A DNA stretch of 64,000 nucleotides from Schizochytrium sp. TIO01 (Eukaryota; Protista; Bigyra: Labyrinthulomycetes): contig SMSO01000025.1 in NCBI GenBank assembly GCA_004764695.1, forward strand, positions 3,844,001 through 3,908,000, given 5' to 3'. Positions 23,654 to 35,592 of this stretch are shown here, in pieces. A program made the translations under genes and the position numbers. Each line of letters opens with the position of its first letter. The first letter of the stretch is position 1. A model generated the notes under the pieces. That model saw only the letters and a program-made list of their open reading frames with translations, ran no database searches and was not told the origin of the DNA.

Positions 23654-24340
23654 ATGTACGCGTACTACAAGGCAATGCCATCAGCAAACCCGCTGGTGAC
23701 AGAGCGCATTCAACAACGAAAAGTCGAGCAACATAAGCAAAAACTCAAGGCCATCAAGTGTTCTGTAGACAATGGACCTCCGCAATACTGGAAACAGCGG
23801 CCAAAACGCAATTTGAAGAAGGAACAGCTTATGCAAGAGCGGTGTGCAAGCATTGAGCGTGAAAATCGCCTCTTACTGGACAAGATGGCAACTATCATGC
23901 ACGCAAATCACCCTGCCACTCCTGGTGTTGGGGGCGACTTTGACAAAGGGGGGTCACTTTCTGCTCCAAGGAGTTTAAATGTGGGGTACCGTGAACGGGA
24001 AATGCGTCGAATTGCAACACAGAACGTGCAAATTCTTAAACGTATTCAGTCTAGCAAGCCAACCTACTCTGCGGTTCGATGGGCTGAAGAAAGACGTCGT
24101 AATGAGCACATCCTTCACCATATGGCACTCTATAAACACTCTTTACCGCAAACATCTCAGCCAAAGAGTCCAAAGCAGCGAAGACCACATACTGGAAGCG
24201 CAGAGCGAGTGAGTCACCAAGTGGGCAACACAGCTTCTACTCCAGAGTTATACAAAACTCAACCCAATACACGGCCATCAACAGCTCCTTATGTCGAGCT
24301 TGAAGATGGCAAAGACACTTCGATGGATTTGACAGAATAA
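23654..24340 (+). CDS. Hemingway/CFAP97 (KIAA1430)-domain flagellar protein
   Basis: Family pattern HKQKL..IK.SVDN.PP, IERENRLLLDKM and RIATQNVQILKRIQSSKPTYS. The first ATG is at 23654; the ORF track start is TTG. Confidence 0.8.
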   Translation: MYAYYKAMPSANPLVTERIQQRKVEQHKQKLKAIKCSVDNGPPQYWKQRPKRNLKKEQLMQERCASIERENRLLLDKMATIMHANHPATPGVGGDFDKGGSLSAPRSLNVGYREREMRRIATQNVQILKRIQSSKPTYSAVRWAEERRRNEHILHHMALYKHSLPQTSQPKSPKQRRPHTGSAERVSHQVGNTASTPELYKTQPNTRPSTAPYVELEDGKDTSMDLTE

Positions 24341-24832
24341 TATACATACTTTTATGGCGTAACGAGCTTTTCAAAAAGTCTCAGTCAGAATTTGTATAGT
24401 GCACGGACTTTATTTCCTTTCTTTGAGGACTTTTTTTCTTAGAGTATCGTCCTTTGTTTGAAACAACTATAGGACTTGAAAAATCCAAATGCTCTTGAAA
24501 TAGTAAATGTAAGTTCGTTAACATGAGCTACGGAGTGCTTGCTGCCCCCTCTCTAATTTTGAATAAAGCAAATTTATAAGTAGACATTCTTCTTTGGACG
24601 ATTGTAATTTTGGGAGGAGGCATATCCATTTCAATCTATATATTACCATTTTGCATGTGCTCGACTGTCTTTGATTTGGGTTTAACAAAGTAGCTGCTTA
24701 CCTTCTTCTAATCTTTTAAAAGCCTCTCTTTTTCATTTTCATAAACTTACCATGTTAGATTGATGTTATCAACACAAATACGCAAAAATTTAATTTAAAA
24801 TCATAATTTTATATCACCAAATTTAAACATAA

Positions 24833-25870
24833 TGGGAGGATTTCATCTGTAATCCTGTATCGTATTGTACGACACATCACGGCTGCCCTGCATAAAAAAC
24901 CTTGTCAAATAGTTCCGTCAGGAAATTTGTCGTACTTCGGTGCAACCCTTAATAGCACAGCACTTATGACACAGTCGATACAAGACGAACCTTCATTGTT
25001 TCCAAGAAAGCGCAATTGTGTGTGCTACTCCGTCTGCCTTGTTGTCCGTGAATAACACAATGTAACCCAGGACTGTTAGATCGCAGACTTTATCTGTATA
25101 AGTAGTGAATATCTATATCATATTTGTTGTCTCGAAGTTTCTTTTATAAAGCGTTGGAATTACCTTTCAAAGAGTGGAAGTCGTCTGCATTGCTTGAGTC
25201 GTCGTCAACTCTTCCAATGGCGCAATGCCAACCGAGGACAACAAAGCCCATAGAGACGCCGGAACTGATGGAAAGTGCGTCGACGAACGGAGCCAAGATC
25301 TTTATAGTTTCTTTGGATCCACCAGTGGTGTTTTGGGCGTATGTAGCATCGTACGCAGTCAAAACGTGTGCGGAACAAGACAATTGTGCAGTAGTAGGTT
25401 TCAAAGTAGGGGCTGCCATAGGTCTTGTAGGAGTTGGCGGTGTAGGCGCTGACATTACGTATTTTTCAAAACACTAATATACACTTCCAGCGTCTCTTGT
25501 GTGTCCACAATCATAATCTCCATAGAGTTAATTACCAGCTTAACTATCATAGTGGTTCCACTACCATGAAGAGTAGCATCAGCACCATAAATCTGAGGCA
25601 TGGTCCTGCCATCCTCCAAGTTTAAACGGCATTCTCCTTGGTCATTGATGTCCCTGGAGTTTGCTATAGCAATGCAATTATTGTACTATGGAGAGAGCAA
25701 AACATTCTCTGTGAGCCTCATTTGCTGTATAGTGAGCATTAGTCCCGGCAACATAAGGTCGACAATGTGCAGTTGATACGAGGTTTATAATTCAGAAGTC
25801 GCCCCATAATCGCCATTTTCAGCGCTGGTGTGAAATTAACGAAAACGACTTACAAAAGTCTTAGCAAAGT
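24833..25870 (-). pseudogene. Full-length disrupted inverted paralog of the 27888..28961 secreted protein
   Basis: The minus strand translates collinearly as ENGDY..ANEAHRECFAL..CIAIANSRDINDQGECRL..MPQIYGADA..APTPPT..CSAHVLTAYDATY..GVSMGFVVL..FTTYTDKV..RITDEI. It carries stops and frameshifts, e.g. AACGCTTTATAA versus AACCTTTATAAA in the intact gene. Confidence 0.9.
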
Positions 25871-27887
25871 TTTTTTTTTTTTTTTAAAGAATTGTTACAA
25901 GATCCACAAGATAGCTGTGCATCTTTGTTTGAAACTGGTTCAAAGGTTTGCCTTTAAACATGTGGGTCTATTTTTAATCATCGGTAGAATGCGTTATAAG
26001 ATGAAACGGTAAGATTTATGGTATGGATCTTCCAAATTGACCGGACTTTCAAATTCATGGTAATTTATTCTTATTTAAAAACTGGCCCTACTTATCAACT
26101 GCGATTTATTTTGGTGTCCCTAAGTTTTTTTTTTTTGTTAAGTTCACACTTAACCGGTCAGGAGGCAGCTTTGAGCACTGGTATGGTCCCTGGCGTCTTC
26201 GTCTTGACGTTTCAAAGGAGAAATGATACTCATTAGAGCCGGGCATACTTTATATTTGAAGAGCCTTTTGTCCCTCTTTATTTTCTTTTGAAGATAGTAT
26301 CTTTGCAACTTAATTAAAAAAAACAATAATATCATGTGATGTTCAAACTCCTTCTAGGAGCAAATAAAAAGATAAAATAATAATGATGCGACGCCAGTCG
26401 ACGTACGTAATTTACTTACTACATAGTATGAGAGGACGTGCTTAAGGTTAGTCCAGAGCGTAGAATATATGTGGACATCGGGCGGTGGCAAAAGAGACAC
26501 TCGCATTAATCAGATGCTATTCCTGAATAATTTAGCCTAAACCAATGACTGTTGCTCGGAAGATGGAACCCAGGATGGACATGTCGCTTCGCAACTTCTG
26601 AAAATGTTGAGCGAATCGATTTAATCTTCCTAAACTGCCTTGTGTATCATTTTTTGGTCTGTTAACTTTTTTGTTACAGCTATAGATATACACGGATGAG
26701 TCCGTGGGCCTAATGGGCTCCTTAGGTGGAACATTTTTGAACTGGGGTTAAGCACTTGAAGAAAGGCATTCTAGCGGAAAAGAGTTTGCGTCCCAGTGTA
26801 ATGCAATCATACTTGCAGCTTTTTTCTTGGAGCCTTCGATCCATTCGGGTGCTTAGAAGCTTACTGGGAAGGCAATAGGTACAAACAAATGTTTGTTGAG
26901 AGAAGTCGACAAGAAGGGTCAGATATGATGTCACCATAAGCGAGGGCCTGCTCGTTGAGAGAAGTCGAAAAGGAGGGTCAGCATAAATCAGGAATGGCGC
27001 CATTGTCTCGATCTGGTTTTATGGCCTCTCGCAGTTACCTGGGCACCTGTTTTCTACAGCAGATAAAAGATGCCCAGTTAGGGTCATCTTTAGTGCTGAC
27101 TTATACGAACTGCTATATGTACATTGGTACCCTGACCTATATCTTCTAGCACCTCATTACGTGAAGTCTATAGGATAAGGCAGGTAAATTTTGGATGTGC
27201 AGCTAACTGCCCGAGGTATTGTAAATAAATCTTGGGAGTCCATGTTCCTCTCGCATACTAGACTATTCAGATTCAGGGTCACTCCAGCGAATGGACCTCA
27301 ACGAACATGCAAAGATGCCACTCTAAGTAGGCTCTGTTTCGCAACGGGCAGCAAGAAATGTAACATGAAAACGTGTCAACCCTCGCAGTGACGGAGTTTA
27401 CAACTGCCAAAATAGATCCTGCCCTGCCCCAACTTGGAGGATTCAGGGTAACGCCTGGCTACAAAACGTGACCTCGAGGGCCAATAAAAGGTGAGAAGCG
27501 GTATTATTTCTTCGAAGAGACTTTCTTTCAGACAGATTGCACCAGGATATAGATAAGACTCACTCACAACGATTCAAATTACTGGTCAAATAAATTCGGT
27601 CAGCAAACTTATTTATCATATATTTAACAACCATAGTCCACAACATGTAAATATTGCTTGTTGTGTTGGATTGGCTGTTGCATCAATTGAAGAAAGACAA
27701 ACAAACAGCGCTTTACTATGAGAAAGGGGGATAAAATCGAACCGATAGTTGACACCATTTCAGCGAAGCTAATAGCAAACCTCAAACCTTCACGAAACAA
27801 ATCCTAAACGCTCTTCAGTCAGTCAGACAAACAAACAGACGAAAGCCAGCAAGTCTAACACAAAGCCAACACGAACATCGCATAAGA

Positions 27888-28961
27888 ATGTTTTGGAAGT
27901 ATATCTTCCTAGGGTTTTCGGCAATCGGCTTTATAAAAGAAGTCAATGCTGCCAATGGGGACTATAGCAACTTTCGAATTTTACAAAGGCATTCATCAGC
28001 ATATTGCTATAGCTGGGGCTCTACAGACTATGCATATTATGCAGCAAATGGAGATCGTACAGAATGTTTCGCTCTTTGTGTACAATATAGTGGTTGCATC
28101 GCTTTAGCAACATCAAGTGACGTCAACGAACAATTACAGTGCAGGTTATACTTCGCCGATGGCACGTTACCTAACACCATGCCTCAGCTGTATGGCGTTG
28201 ATGCTTCTTTATACACCAGTGGATCCGATTATCCTTTCTACTCATACGATGACTACGACTACACCGTAGACACTGGAGTAACCTACTCCTGCTTTAAAAG
28301 ACAGGCAACTGCAGCTCCTACACCACCTACTCAGAAACCCACGCAAGCGCCTATTGCGAGCCCCACTGCGAGCCCCACTGCGAGCCCCACTAATTCCCAA
28401 TCTTCTTGCTCCGCACGCGTTATGACTGCATACGATGCCACATACACCAGAAAGACCAAGAATGGAATAAAAGAGGCAAAGAGGATTCTTTCAGAGTTTG
28501 TGAACGCGCTTCCTTTAGGTTCTGGAGTCTCCATGGGCTTTCTTGTCCTTGAACGGTATGCCGCCTTTGAGGAAGTAGATGTTGATTCAGCAGATGCAAA
28601 CGACTCCACGCTTCTTCTTAATGTGATCTCCAACCTTTATAAAAGAAACAGTGACAACACCAACATGAAAGAACTATTCACTACATATGCAGACAAGGTT
28701 AGTGACGTGTCAATTCCTAGTTACATTGTTTTATTCACTGAAGGCAAAGCGGAAGGAGCAGCCCGAAACAACTATGCTTTCGTGGAGGCAATGAAAAATC
28801 GTCTCGGATCTGCTGCGCCTCAAGTATTGTGCTATCAAACTCTGTACTGGCGCAAGACAGACTACTTGCAGAATTTATGCGACAGGGTCATCTTCCAAGG
28901 CAGCCGTAAAGTATCTTATGATACGCTGGCTGCCCGGATTGTAGATGAAATTTGCCCTTGA
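27888..28961 (+). CDS. Secreted protein: signal peptide, PAN/apple-like Cys domain, P/T-rich linker, vWA-like domain
   Basis: Signal peptide ending VNA. CFALCVQYSGCIA..CRLY is apple-like. APTPPT/SPTASPT repeats form the linker. VMTAYDATYT and YIVLFTEG resemble vWA strands with a degenerate MIDAS. Confidence 0.75.
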   Translation: MFWKYIFLGFSAIGFIKEVNAANGDYSNFRILQRHSSAYCYSWGSTDYAYYAANGDRTECFALCVQYSGCIALATSSDVNEQLQCRLYFADGTLPNTMPQLYGVDASLYTSGSDYPFYSYDDYDYTVDTGVTYSCFKRQATAAPTPPTQKPTQAPIASPTASPTASPTNSQSSCSARVMTAYDATYTRKTKNGIKEAKRILSEFVNALPLGSGVSMGFLVLERYAAFEEVDVDSADANDSTLLLNVISNLYKRNSDNTNMKELFTTYADKVSDVSIPSYIVLFTEGKAEGAARNNYAFVEAMKNRLGSAAPQVLCYQTLYWRKTDYLQNLCDRVIFQGSRKVSYDTLAARIVDEICP

Positions 28962-29542
28962 TGCTGCAGAGTTGGTACTACTACCATAAGTTCGTAAGAT
29001 AATTACAAATCAGATTTTTGAATCAATACACTGTATTGGGTTTAAATGTTGTCTATCATTTTATGTAATTTCACATCATTATGCATCAAAATAATGAGAC
29101 ACGTTTATGTATATTGTTGGAGTTTTCATGCTGTTTCAAGAGATTGTCGTCTTCCCTGACCATCAAGGTAGTGAAATTGAAGCAGAACAGAAAGGCCCCA
29201 GGATGCAACGGCACCTTGCTCCATTCCTTCCTTACTCTTCAAATGTGATCCTGATAGAAAGAAAAAGAATAACACAATGAACAATTTGGTTTGTCGAGGA
29301 TATGTACTTTGTATGAGTTTCGATCAATTTTCTATAAAAATATTTAGTAAGCGCAACGCGAAGCATTTTGTTACCAGCTCGGATAAAAGACCCCATCATT
29401 ATCTCATATAGAAAGAAGCAGATAAAATCATTACAAGAGGGGGCAGGTTGCAAATCACCCGTCCTGTTACAGCAATCTAAAATCTTCCCATTATATCAAA
29501 CGAAAAACCTTTAAAGGGTTGTAAGAACGCATTAAGTGACCT

Positions 29543-29679
29543 GCTTTGCCAGGCTTTGCCAGGCTTTGCCAAGCTTTGCCAGGCTTTGCCAGGCTTTGCC
29601 AAGCTTTGCCAGGCTTTGCCAGGCTTTGCCAAGCTTTGCCAGGCTTTGCCAGGCTTTGCCAAGCTTTGCCAAGCTTGCC
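29543..29679. repeat. 10-bp minisatellite gctttgcca(g/a), ~13 units, with a 30-bp higher-order unit x4
   Basis: Directly visible pattern of g,g,a unit variants. Confidence 0.97.
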
Positions 29680-30839
29680 TTAGCTCTATCTTTGAAGAAA
29701 ACTCAGATTGGTCAATGGACGGCCAACGATATATCCCAGAATTGACTAGCCGTTTGCTATAATTACCAATCAAAGGGTCATGAAGGCAAGACACTAGTAG
29801 ACTTCTTGACACGCTATTAAAAGTCCTAAACTATTAAGACTTGTATAGTATGATAAGGGCGTGATGATCAAATACCAAGATGTGATACGATAAAAACTCA
29901 AAAGTGAAAGTGCAATACTTCATCAAGAGATTGTGTAGGGACAACCTAAATTGTTGGTTGCGCAAACGACTCAACCGAATCCCTTGAGTTCTGCGTAATA
30001 ACAGATGAAGCGTGGTTTAATTTCCTAATTAGAATAGAAACCAACCCAGCTGGTGTTCATTTCCAAGGTCAGCAGATGTCTTATTTTATAAGCCTAAGTA
30101 AAGAAGAACCTCTTCTCAAATCTCATCATGCTTTCCAAACTCATTGCCTTAATCTCCCGAGACAACCCTGGCGGCTCAGGGATCAGTTTTTTGCATTCGT
30201 TTCAGAAAGGAGTCAAGATTTTAAGTTTAATATTAAAGATGACCGCGGTAAAGACTTTCTCTATTGAATCATAGACAAGGAACTTCTTTTGAATTTGAAA
30301 GATTATTCTTACTACAGCAAAACTTCGAGGCATCTACTGACGCTAACGCATGATATCGATCTCTGAATTGTACCCATGCCAGTCGGTAATAATGTTGGGA
30401 GCCCTCGTGATAGGCACTGTGGTGGTGGAACTAAGTGTTTTCTCAGCCGTGATTTGTCACAATCAAATAGAATCATAATTGGGGAAAATTACGAATGTGG
30501 TGTTGCTGAAAGGTGATTCTGATTAGCTTGAGGTTGACTATAAAGACGAAGACAAGAAGCTGGATGAAGGCTTTAAGAAGGTTGATTTCAGTGTTAGCGA
30601 ACTGCTGTCCTGGGAAATGAATTCCAGGACAGATGGATTCATGTAGTGGTTAGGGAGATTAAGACATTCTTGAAATTGGTTCGAGATAATCGATGGAGTT
30701 AGGTTAATCAAACTTCTCCGGTCATCGATTCAAGCTAAACCAAGCTTGGGTGTAGATAATGTGTATTCAAACTTCTAGTTCTTGGCTTCAGCAGTCACGT
30801 GAGTGTGGCTGCCTATTCTTGCTCTATTGTAAACCTTAT

Positions 30840-32900
30840 GTCTAACAGGGTTTTACAAAGGGATTGCAAGAACTCTAGCAATGTCTTGTCCACTAGTTCC
30901 TTCGATTGGAGACCTCACCAGGTGTTACAATAATTTTGACCCGAAGCTTCGTACAAAGGAGTTGCCTCTGCATAGCACTAATCTTGAAGCAACAGGCTAT
31001 CGGAGAAGGAAGGTAAGTACTGGAGCTAGCCAATATATCCTTCGATTCAACTTCTGGATTTTCTGAATGGATACACCTAATTTATTTATGTTGGGACATT
31101 ACCTTGAAATCAGTTGCCAAGTCCATCTCCTCTACTTATGTATAGTTTATGTATGACGTAAAACTCATTGGCAAAATATATCACAGCAAAACTTCTCCGC
31201 CATCTAAGTCGGGGAATCTCAAAACACCTATGACAGAATCAATAAGCATTCTGATTATTGTCTGCCTAATATCAGAACCCTTTGATTGACACGTTTGTAC
31301 CGGTACCGCATAATTTGGAACTCGCAGAAGTTAGATCCGATCGATAAAAAGCTAGGTAAGATCGGAACTCTTTTAGATACTAGCAAAGCGCGCAGGGGCC
31401 TTACTTTCTATAAATTAAATGTTGTTGCAACTCCCCGCTTAAATTCAGATTCCAAGTTATCATTTACTATCTTCTGTTTTACTGCCCTAGCTCTTTCTCG
31501 ATTCCCCAGTTACTTAAGCCTCTTGACATAACCTTCCTCAATCAATGTTAGCTTGGTAGGTTCCAGCTTTCTGTATTGATGCTACTTAGATTTCTGAAGA
31601 TACGAGTGATTAGCACAATGATTGTCTCATCATAGAGTGGTGTTTGGTTTGGAATTATCAAATGCAGAACATATTCAACTGTCTATTGCTTCTTTGTGAT
31701 TGGCTGGTATTATTCAAATGCCTTAGGTTTATTGCTGCGAGTTTTAGTACCAAAGTGAAGATCCAGTGAGGAAGGTTGCAGGGAAGGATTTCAAGCAACT
31801 GACGTATGCTTGTATTTTACAACTCTAGCAGAGAGACTCGCATGGTAAATTTGAAATTCGCTCATCTTTCTTATAACAGCATATTAGCTTTGCATAGTAC
31901 TGATAGCAGAGAACTCTCCCCCTTTTCATGTTTCTATTTAGTTTAAGAACGTGTTAATTGCTGTGAGCTATTGGTCATGGTTTCTTCAAATGTTTGTTTC
32001 TTGCTGGTCTTAAAAACCATCTGAAGAAAGCGTGCCTAGCTACACATCTTAAGACAAAGATATTCATTTATTTCACATACGCTTCTTGACAGCAATACTT
32101 CAGATTGTCATCAAGGTTCCATACGTAGACCTACATGGAATCTGAAAATGTGATCAATCTTGACTGACCCTCCACTATGACCTTGTTGCTTGCTATTCGC
32201 AAAGTAACACTTCACGACTCAGCCTATCAGAGAATATTGCCCTTGTATACCCTGGTGAACTCAGCAAAGGGAATGATGCTTTTAATAATCTTTGTTTATA
32301 GGTCTTTGAAAGCTGAAGCGATAAGTATTGTATGAATCTAGTATGCTCAACAGAAGCTGTTTAATTTGAATGTATGAAGTGACTAGGATATCATGATTAT
32401 TTACTTTTTCAAAGATGGGTGTGAAAAAAACTATGTGCCAGCATGCTATAATAGATAACAGTACATCCTATGTAGAATTGGGGGGGGGGGGGGGGGGGGG
32501 GTTATTTGAAAGTGATGACATCATCGAGCAAGTATGATGACTATGAAATATGCAACGTTATAAATTCAGGAATCTAGTTAAGAAAAATATGTTTATTAGA
32601 GTGTCTGCCCAAGTGAATATAATCTGACTGGCACGCCCTTGACTCGGACTTCAAAGCGAGCTTTAATTCCTGATGAAAGCTTCTCCCTGATGAGGCAGAG
32701 GTTGACGAGGAAGACGAACCCCAAGGTAGGCCAGTCCAGTTATAACAAGAGGAGACTAAGCTAGAGCTAATCTGTAGTTCTCACAACATCATGAGTTAAA
32801 TCAACATGTTTCCGCAAGTACTGATTCAGATTTGGCCCTACATATGCCCTTGATTATGAAGTGCACTTTCACTCTTGAGTTCCCGTCGCCTCACGCCTTT
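30840..32900 (-). mobile_element. Highly decayed non-LTR retrotransposon (LINE ORF2-like) relic
   Basis: Minus-strand fragments occur in the expected order: EFTR (~32250), KIDHIF (~32150, APE SRIDH-like), SKAP (~31400), PDLDG..FANEFY (~31200-31160). Spacing from KIDHIF to SKAP is ~250 codons. No long ORF and no YADD seen. Confidence 0.4.
32480..32501 (+). repeat. Poly-G homopolymer (~22 nt)
   Basis: Directly visible. Confidence 0.95.
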
Positions 32901-33740
32901 GTATCTTGACAGTTAAGTTCAGATCATATACTTATCTAATAGTGTAGGAGATATGATATTGTGTGAGGTACTCTGTTAAAGTCCTCTCCACAAGACCTTT
33001 CAATTCTCAGTCATGTTGTCACTTCTGTCCAGATCACTTTATCATTAAACTCAAATGATATGCAGAATATACCACTTCCTGAGAATCCCCCAACTACGAT
33101 TTGCGTCATTTAGGGCCGTGCGAACGCCAGGTTTTGTGGGAACCACATTTTCACTAGCCAGAGGCGAATCCTATCAAACACGACCTTGAACCCGGGAACG
33201 AATTAAGCTAAAGTAAACATCCCACATGTGACTGACTGTTCATAGTTTTAGAGGACTGATACTTCGATCCGTCGCGGGCAGAGCTGCATATAGCAATATA
33301 GCAATATCAATCAATATCAGTATCTAGAACCTATAATTTACTACATAAGCAATTACCACGGGCTGCTGCAATCCACGGATGATTAACCAAGTTGGAATCA
33401 GCAACGCGACACCACATCGCTGAGGTCTGCTCACTACTGGACTTCTCATAAAGCTTGTCTATTCTAATCGCATGAATTTTCAATTTCTATAAATCGCATG
33501 CTTCAAGGATGCCTTCCCCCACATAGAACCTCAAGAAGTCATCAGAGATTGAAAAAGTCTATCAGCGGCGATCTCTACTCTAGAGAAAGCTAGCTCCTAC
33601 TTATGGGTGACGAAGATGATTAGAAGTAGTCTTTGACTAGCGCGAGTGTTGCTATTGAATCTTCAAAATGAAACTGACTAGAAGTTGCTCTTGTGATATT
33701 ATGGCGATGATTTTGACTTTAATTTTTACTACTATCATTT

Positions 33741-33903
<163 letters not shown>

Positions 33904-35498
33904 AAGTTTAAACTTTTAATTAAAATGTTTTCGTTCGTATTAACCTAAAAAGTTGCATTTAAAAAAGAAAAAAAGAAGAAAGAAAGATGAAAATGAAAAT
34001 AAGTGAGCGCCTAAATGTACTATGCAGGTACATACTCTACGAAGAGTCGAGGTGTGGTGAGTGACAGCTGCTATTCGCTAGCATTGGAATTGCGGGATGC
34101 GGTGAACTCTACTTCAAACATGATCTACCTTCTACAGGCCCAGGTGCCGAAGGCAGAGCGCTGATAAACTTCGATCAATCTTCTCGCTTTGTTCGCGAAA
34201 CACAACATATGCACTCGGCCTAACCATTAACCTTGAACTCATCATTTTGCTATTATAAAGTATGGAATGGCATTTTTGCCTTTTTGTAAACAAAAACTTA
34301 CGATCATCATGTTAGATATTTTTTCTCTTATCATCATAGTACGGAGAAAACTTGCCTCGCAAACGGCGGTCCATCGTTCACACTGTGTGGCCGCGTCATT
34401 GCAGGCCACAAGTGGTGCAGGTCTAACCAGCACCGGCGTATTAGAACAACTCCTTCCAGCAGAGCACGGTAAAGAACGAGGTCCTCGGGAGTCTTCCGGT
34501 GCATCGATAGTGGACCGCACACCGCAGAGGAGAACGGGCCCTTCCTTTCCAACGCAGTCTGTTTCTTTCATAGCAAAACTTGATGGTTGACGCTTTGACT
34601 GAATAAGCAGCCAAACAAAGAAACAAAGAAACAAAGAATCAAAGCAACATAGAAAGAAGTCTTCGCTACAGAAGGCGGCCTGCGTCTTTGAAAGGGCTTT
34701 GGACCCTCTAACTTACTTCGAAGCGCGGCTGGAGCTTGCTTGCTTCTTCGTGCGAAGAAGACATCGATGGACAGCGTGGAGCTCGAAGTGGAGCAGCTCG
34801 AGAACCAAGCATGCATGACGGCACGAGGAATTCGAATATTTCGAGCGACACAAGGAATAATTTGAATTTCAGAGGGACCAGCGAGAGGATTTGAAGAACT
34901 GCACCCACGAGGACCTTGAAACGAGGAGCATCAACGTCGTGATCGATCGAGGCACCGAGGAGCTCAGGCGCTACTCCCGGGTAGCCGAAACGAGCCGCCG
35001 GAACGAGCTGAAGCGCTGCGCTGAGGTCCTTGCCATTCGCTCCAACGGCGGCGGCGGCGGCGGCGGCGGCGTCGTGGACTTTCTGAGCTGAGTTCTCGCT
35101 GGTTCGAGTTTGACCATGGCGGCATTCGCGCGACGATCACGACCACGGCGATGAAGAGGTCCGGGAGCCCAACGCTGATGGCGGAAACCGATGCGAGCAA
35201 CTCGAGCAAGAGCGGCAGCAAGAGCGGCAAGAGCAGCGCGAGGCTACCTTGCTTCGATTCGAAAAGACATCCCTTGGCAACGGCCAGCTCCAGCTCCGGC
35301 TCCAGCTCCAGCTCCGGCTGCGGCTGCTAGGTAGGAAGAAGAGCCTGAAGAGCTGAGAGATCAGTGAAGCGAGCGAGCTTCGAAAGTTTGCGCACTCGCC
35401 GCCAAGTCCGAGTTCATGGCCACGCTCAAGCCGCGCTCCAAGGCCAGGTTCGAGATCGTGCTCTACAGTTCGAGAGAGTTTGAAGATCCAAGATCGCG

Positions 35499-35592
35499 AT
35501 AATTTGAATAATCTGAATAATTTGAATAATTTGAATAATTTGAATAATTTGAATAATTTGAATAATTGGTTGAATGAATGAATGAATGAATG
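35499..35592 (+). repeat. 9-bp repeat (aatttgaat)n followed by (gaat)n
   Basis: Directly visible. Confidence 0.95.

Noticed and set aside
29477-29812. Repeat-peptide ORFs or a CRISPR-like array
   Set aside because: Head-to-tail 10-bp units with no unique spacers, no cas genes, and a eukaryotic context.
32668-32720. Two CTGATGA words (hammerhead core)
   Set aside because: I could not form stem II/GAAA or stems I/III.
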